Notes under the pieces: generated by a model
The model's input: the letters and a program-made list of their open reading frames with translations, nothing else
Database searches by the model: none
What the model was told of the DNA's origin: nothing
Position numbers and translations under genes: made by a program
Assembly: GCA_003232595.1 (NCBI GenBank)
Contig: QIIJ01000298.1
Span: 1 to 38,857, forward strand
Direction of reading: 5' to 3'
Length of the DNA: 38,857 bases
From: Aurantimonadaceae bacterium
Lineage (GTDB): Bacteria; Pseudomonadota; Alphaproteobacteria; Rhizobiales; Rhizobiaceae
In this document: positions 34,592-38,857 of the stretch, in pieces
Numbering within the stretch: position 1 is the stretch's first letter
How the letters are laid out: each line of letters opens with the position of its first letter

Positions 34592-35365
34592 ATGGATGCT
34601 TTGACCACATTTAGACTTTTTGCCGCTGACCCGCTGGTGGCCCGCTCGAATATCTCACGAAAACCGGAAATTTCGAGAGAGGTTCAGTATTATTCGGAAA
34701 ATATCGGGTCTATTAAAAGCATTGATGATCTGATGGCCAACCAGCGTATTTATTCGTTTGTCATGCGGGCATACGGTCTTGAAGACATGACCTATGCCAA
34801 AGCTTTTATCCGCACAATTCTGGAAGAAGGGATCGATGATACCAGTTCCCTGGCAAACAGGCTTTCAGACTCGCGCTATAGTGATATGGCAGAGGATTTC
34901 AACTTCAACCGATACGAATCGACCACAACAACATTTGAGCGCGTTAATACCGGTACTATTGATAGGTTCTACCAGCAGCAGGTTGAACTTGAAGCTGGTA
35001 GCCAAAACAACGGTGCCAGACTGGCGATATATTTTCAGCGTAAAAGCGAAGAAATTGAAGATGCATTTTCGATATTGGCGGATTCAGCATTGTTGAAATT
35101 TGTGCAAACCAGTTTTGGACTGCCGGTGCAAATGAGCTTCCAGTCGCTGGACAAACAAGCTGAAATGATCAATCAGCGATTGGATATAGAGGATCTGTCG
35201 GACCCCGAATTTATGGATGGCCTTTTGAACCGGTTTCTGGTTTCGTGGGATGTCGCCAACCCCGATACGGTCAATATTCCTCCGCTGATACTGGCTCCAC
35301 GTGGTGTACAGGGGATTTCTCAGGATCTGCTGATGTCTCTGCAAAACCTGAAATCCACAAGATAG
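34592..35365 (+). CDS. DUF1217-like flagellar-cluster protein
   Basis: 257 aa from ATG 34592. EVQYYSENIGSIKSIDDLMANQRIYSFVMRAYGLEDM matches the DUF1217 pattern as I recall it. It is divergent from motA and upstream of flgF, the same slot as the uncharacterised gene in Agrobacterium. Confidence 0.6.
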   Translation: MDALTTFRLFAADPLVARSNISRKPEISREVQYYSENIGSIKSIDDLMANQRIYSFVMRAYGLEDMTYAKAFIRTILEEGIDDTSSLANRLSDSRYSDMAEDFNFNRYESTTTTFERVNTGTIDRFYQQQVELEAGSQNNGARLAIYFQRKSEEIEDAFSILADSALLKFVQTSFGLPVQMSFQSLDKQAEMINQRLDIEDLSDPEFMDGLLNRFLVSWDVANPDTVNIPPLILAPRGVQGISQDLLMSLQNLKSTR

Positions 35366-35392
35366 TCGATTCGATTACACAAGGTCATCACC

Positions 35393-36115
35393 ATGGACGC
35401 TTCACTTTATGTCGCAACTGCCGGTCAGAGGGTCTTGAAAAAACAGCTGGCCATTGTTGCCAACAATATTGCAAACAGCAACACGGTTGGCTTTCGTGCG
35501 GAGAGCGTAGAATTTCGCAGCCTTGTGTCCAGTAAAGCAAGCCAGTCGACCAGTTTTCCTGCAATCGGTGGGCTTCAGCCCTCTCTTGATCAAGGGGCGG
35601 TTACGGAAACCGGCAATCCATTGGATATTGCCTTGTCGGGCAAAGGATGGTTTGGCATATCAACCCCTAATGGGGTCGCCTATACGAGAGATGGACGAAT
35701 GCAGATAAGTCCCTTTGGTGAACTGCAATCTCTTGAAGGTTTTTCGGTGCTGGATGCAAGCGAGGCACCGATATTGCTCAACACAAGTGCCGGTCCGCCA
35801 GAAATTCAAAAAGACGGACGGATTGTCATGAACGGCAGAATTGTCGGTAATATTGGTGTTTTCGACATCGACAAGCAAAACCTCATGAGCAGGTACACAA
35901 ACTCAGCGTTTCTTGCGACAACTCCAGGTGTTCCGATTCCAATTGGTGACCAAACTATTATCAGCCAGGGCTATCTTGAATCTTCCAATGTAAATCCGAT
36001 GAAGGAACTGACCAGATTAATTGCCATCACAAGAAACTTTGAGAGTGTTTCAGCGGTAATTGATCGCGCCGATAAAACTATTTCGAAGTCTGTTAATGAA
36101 CTGGCTGGCAATTGA
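35393..36115 (+). CDS. flgF: proximal rod protein FlgF
   Basis: 240 aa. The N-terminus is MDASLYVATAGQRVLKKQLAIVANNIANSNTVGFR. The C-terminus is LESSNVNPMKELTRLIAITRNFESVSAVIDRADK. Confidence 0.92.
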   Translation: MDASLYVATAGQRVLKKQLAIVANNIANSNTVGFRAESVEFRSLVSSKASQSTSFPAIGGLQPSLDQGAVTETGNPLDIALSGKGWFGISTPNGVAYTRDGRMQISPFGELQSLEGFSVLDASEAPILLNTSAGPPEIQKDGRIVMNGRIVGNIGVFDIDKQNLMSRYTNSAFLATTPGVPIPIGDQTIISQGYLESSNVNPMKELTRLIAITRNFESVSAVIDRADKTISKSVNELAGN

Positions 36116-36235
36116 GGTTTATTGCAGACTAACGCTTGTGGTTTCACATACTCATATGAGTGAACGCCGATCAAATGAGGATTGGCCTCTCAACGGGCAT
36201 CTGCCAGTTTCATATCAGGGTGTCTGTCGTAAATT

Positions 36236-36937
36236 TTATGATAGTGGTAAAACGCGTTGCCGTGAGCCTGTGTTGGGCGACTTGTCAGTCCGCGGTTTGA
36301 GATTGATCATTAAATGGTGAAACTTCTCTCCCTGCACGGCCACATGATCACGAAGAGCAGCAGCAGCCTGATCGGGTTTGCTATCATTTAAAGCTTGAAC
36401 GATTGCCCTATGCTCAGCCAATGATTGTTTCATTCGCCCGCGAAGATGGAGTTGAATGCGACGAAACGGTTTTAGTCGCCTGTGCACCCGCAAGGCTTCC
36501 TGCTCCAAAAACCCATTTCCCGACTGTTTGTAAATCAGATGATGGAACTGCTCGTTTTTACGGTAATACTCATCAACATCGTCTTTTTCTACGGCATCCT
36601 GGCATTTTGCATTGGCTTTGCGCAATAAATCGAGCGCCGCCTCAGAAATTCGCTTTGCCGCCAAACGCCCGCATACAGCCTCTATCTCGGCCATGTATTC
36701 AAACATCTCCAGCAATTCCACCGGGCCCGGCTGGCGGACAAAAATCCCGCGCCTGGGAAGCTGTTCGACAAGCCCAGATACCGTAAGCATCTGGAAGGCC
36801 TCACGAACGGGGGTTCGCGAAACACCAAACTGTTCCGCCAGTTTGACTTCATCCAATCGTAAACCATCTGCATATTCACCCGTCAGGATGAATTGTTCCA
36901 GTTCCCTTGCAATAATTTCAGCGCGTCGAATATCCAT
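36236..36937 (-). CDS. GntR/FadR-family transcriptional regulator
   Basis: 233 aa from ATG 36937. The N-terminal winged HTH is LDEVKLAEQFGVSRTPVREAFQMLTVSGLVEQLPRRGIFV, followed by an all-helical FCD-type C-terminal domain. It is divergent from the TRAP operon. Confidence 0.85.
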   Translation of the reverse strand: MDIRRAEIIARELEQFILTGEYADGLRLDEVKLAEQFGVSRTPVREAFQMLTVSGLVEQLPRRGIFVRQPGPVELLEMFEYMAEIEAVCGRLAAKRISEAALDLLRKANAKCQDAVEKDDVDEYYRKNEQFHHLIYKQSGNGFLEQEALRVHRRLKPFRRIQLHLRGRMKQSLAEHRAIVQALNDSKPDQAAAALRDHVAVQGEKFHHLMINLKPRTDKSPNTGSRQRVLPLS

Positions 36938-36982
36938 AACAAACCATAACTTACGGCAACCTTTGGTGCAAGATAGATAGTA

Positions 36983-36992
36983 TTGTATACAA
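36983..36992. promoter_or_regulatory. candidate GntR/FadR operator (perfect palindrome TTGTATACAA)
   Basis: TTGTATACAA fits the FadR-subfamily core t.GT.n.AC.a. It lies in the 139-bp divergent spacer between the regulator and dctP, 5 nt upstream of a -35-like TTGACA (36998-37003, plus strand). Confidence 0.5.
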
Positions 36993-37076
36993 AAAGATTG
37001 ACATAGCATGCAAACTGACGATGATAAGCGTTGTTCCCCCTAGTTGCTTGGGGATATGTCAAAACGGGAGGAAATC

Positions 37077-38066
37077 ATGAAAAATAAACTATTGGCTATT
37101 GCTGCTGCTGGCGCGCTCTTTGCGGCAAGCACTGGCGCATTCGCCCAGGAAGTGCTTCGTTTGTCTCACCAGTGGTCAAACAAGGATATTCGCCACAAGG
37201 TAGCCCAGATTGTTGCAGATGAAGTCGCTGCTGCCGGCGTTGATCTGGAAATCAAGATCTTCGGTTCAAAGTCGCTATTCAAACCACGTGAGCAATACAA
37301 GCCGCTCAGCCGAGGATTGCTGGATATGACGGTCTTTCCGCTTTCTTATGCTGGCGGCCAGCAGCCAGCCTATAACTTAACTCTGATGCCGGGCCTGGTA
37401 AAAAACCACGAACATGCTGCGCGCCTTTCCAATTCTCCTTTTATGAAATCACTTGAGGAGATCATGGAAAAAGATGATGTGATGGTTTTGGTTCACGGTT
37501 ATCTTGCCGGGGGGTTTGCAGGCAAAGACAAATGTATCACCAAACCGGATGATGTCGCCGGACTGCAAACGCGGGCAGCTGGAAAGGCCTTTGAACAAAT
37601 GCTGGCTGGTGCCGGCGCATCCATCGCCTCAATGGCCTCATCTGAGATTTATAGCGCAATGCAGACCGGAGTGCTGAATGCCGCAAACACATCGTCATCG
37701 TCGTTTGTGTCATATCGCATCTATGAGCAGGTATCCTGCTATACACCTGCAGGAGATGTGGCGTTGTGGTTCATGTACCAGCCTCTATTAATGAACAAAT
37801 CAAAATTTGATGGTCTCAAACCGGATCAGCAGGCAGCCTTGCTTGCAGCATCAAAAAAGGCCGAAGCCTTTTATCTTGAAGAAGCCAAAAAGCAGGATGC
37901 CAAATCCGCTGAAGTGTTTCGCAAGGCTGGTGTAGAGATTGCCGAAATGACCCCTGAAGATTTTGCCGCCTGGCGCGCATTGGCGCAAAATACATCTTAT
38001 AAAACTTTCGTCGAAAGCGTTCCAAACGGTCAGGCACTGCTTGACATGGCTCTCGCTGTAGAGTGA
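37077..38066 (+). CDS. dctP: TRAP transporter substrate-binding protein (DctP family)
   Basis: 329 aa from ATG 37077 with SD GGGAGG. The signal peptide is MKNKLLAIAAAGALFAASTGAFAQE. It is followed by small and large TRAP membrane subunits. The ligand cannot be determined from sequence. Confidence 0.8.
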   Translation: MKNKLLAIAAAGALFAASTGAFAQEVLRLSHQWSNKDIRHKVAQIVADEVAAAGVDLEIKIFGSKSLFKPREQYKPLSRGLLDMTVFPLSYAGGQQPAYNLTLMPGLVKNHEHAARLSNSPFMKSLEEIMEKDDVMVLVHGYLAGGFAGKDKCITKPDDVAGLQTRAAGKAFEQMLAGAGASIASMASSEIYSAMQTGVLNAANTSSSSFVSYRIYEQVSCYTPAGDVALWFMYQPLLMNKSKFDGLKPDQQAALLAASKKAEAFYLEEAKKQDAKSAEVFRKAGVEIAEMTPEDFAAWRALAQNTSYKTFVESVPNGQALLDMALAVE

Positions 38067-38139
38067 ACGCAGTCAGGGTGGCAGTTGCAAATATTGCAGT
38101 TGCCGCCCGGGATTTTACAGGCGATAGAAAGGGCGACCA

Positions 38140-38688
38140 GTGGCGGGGCACAGTTCTGCAATAACAGCGCGCACGGGCAAAAACCCGTTTCTTAAATTCG
38201 TTGCAGCAACATCAACTCTTGCCGGCTGGGCTTCCGCCGCAATGATTTTTTTAGCTGTAGTAATAACGTGTCAGATGATTTTCGTGCGCTTTGTTTTGAA
38301 CCAGTCCACAATCTGGCAGACCGAAGCGGTGGTCTATCTGGCAGTTGCGGCAACATTAATTGGCCTGTCCTATGTGCAACGTGTGAGGGGACATGTAAAT
38401 GTCGACCTGATCCCGCTGGCACTGGGTAGACGAACGCGATTTTTTCTTGCCATTCTTACCCTGACACTGTCCTCAACCATTGTTGCCGTTATGCTTTGGT
38501 ATGGGTTTGAATATTGGTATCTGGCCTGGGACAAGGGATGGCGGTCAGATACAATTTGGGGTGTGAGGTTGTGGATTCCATATTTGGCGCTGCCTGTGGG
38601 ATTTGCCTTGTTTCTCCTTCAACTGATTGCAGACCTTGTTGCTGTAATTCTGAAAATTGACAAGCCTTTTGGGTTGGAGGACACCTGA
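38140..38688 (+). CDS. dctQ: TRAP transporter small permease (DctQ family)
   Basis: 182 aa with a GTG start and 4 TM helices. The stop overlaps the next ATG (TGATG). Confidence 0.75.
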   Translation: MAGHSSAITARTGKNPFLKFVAATSTLAGWASAAMIFLAVVITCQMIFVRFVLNQSTIWQTEAVVYLAVAATLIGLSYVQRVRGHVNVDLIPLALGRRTRFFLAILTLTLSSTIVAVMLWYGFEYWYLAWDKGWRSDTIWGVRLWIPYLALPVGFALFLLQLIADLVAVILKIDKPFGLEDT

Positions 38689-38857
38689 TGGACCCTCTGT
38701 TGCTCAGCGGCGTTGTTGCATTTTTCACAATTCTTGTCCTTTTTTCCGGTGTGTCCGTAGCGCTCGGTCTGCTGATTGTGTCTGCAGGCTTCCTGATTAT
38801 CTTTGATGGCATGCGGTCGCTGGAGCTAATACCGGAAATCCTGTTTGGCAAGCTGGA
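38688..38857 (+). CDS. dctM: TRAP transporter large permease (DctM family), 3' end outside the window
   Basis: The open frame from ATG 38688 runs to the window end: MDPLLLSGVVAFFTILVLFSGVSVALGLLIVSAGFLIIFDGMRSLELIPEILFGKL. It is hydrophobic and DctM-like at the N-terminus. It is absent from the ORF track because there is no stop. Confidence 0.7.
   Translation, partial: MDPLLLSGVVAFFTILVLFSGVSVALGLLIVSAGFLIIFDGMRSLELIPEILFGKL

Noticed and set aside
36150-36161. A 12-bp perfect palindrome ACTCATATGAGT between the convergent flgF and GntR genes, considered as a bidirectional terminator.
   Set aside because: It is too short and AT-rich to form a stable stem-loop: at most 4-5 bp once a loop is allowed. 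No flanking T or A tracts are present.
1-38857. CRISPR arrays, tRNA/rRNA genes, transposases or integrases, toxin-antitoxin systems, or defence-island content.
   Set aside because: I saw no direct-repeat/spacer periodicity, no cloverleaf-like or rRNA-like segments in the few intergenic regions, and no ORF with recombinase, nuclease or ATPase-defence signatures. The AT-rich small genes (5645-6112, 32018-32656) are embedded in flagellar operons by translational coupling, not flanked by mobility genes.

Overview
This 38.9-kb window is from an alphaproteobacterium. Gene content and order point to Rhizobiales/Hyphomicrobiales, and GC is in the high 40s % by hand counts. Gene order and taxon are inferred from memory of Brucella, Agrobacterium and Sinorhizobium clusters, not from a database search.

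About 30 kb (4.8-36.1 kb) is one large flagellar/motility supercluster. On the minus strand, read in the direction of transcription, it runs: motA-fliM-orf212-fliN-fliG-flhB-orf138 | flgB-flgC-fliE-flgG-flgA-flgI-motE-flgH-fliL-fliP | flagellin | fliF-motB-motC-fliK(motD) | ftcR/rem-type regulator | flgE | IR element | flgK-flgL-flaF-flbT-flgD-fliQ-flhA-fliR. Two small plus-strand units sit at the edges: flgJ-flgN-like-fliL-like, and DUF1217-flgF.

The left flank holds a 5'-truncated PodJ-like polarity factor, a DUF3429-like membrane protein and a MATE exporter. The right flank holds a GntR/FadR regulator divergent from a TRAP transporter (dctPQM, with dctM truncated by the window end).

I saw no rRNA, tRNA, CRISPR array, transposase or integrase.

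The items most worth follow-up are:
1. A 287-bp element bounded by perfect 24-bp inverted repeats, wedged between flgE and flgK. One arm carries the flgK ribosome-binding site.
2. An AT-rich, translationally coupled gene for a single-pass membrane protein inserted between fliM and fliN.
3. An flhB-coupled 138-aa orphan.
4. An FtcR/Rem-type master regulator whose receiver domain lacks the phospho-acceptor Asp, preceded by a perfect 17-bp palindrome.
5. The absence of fliI and of all che genes from an otherwise near-complete cluster.
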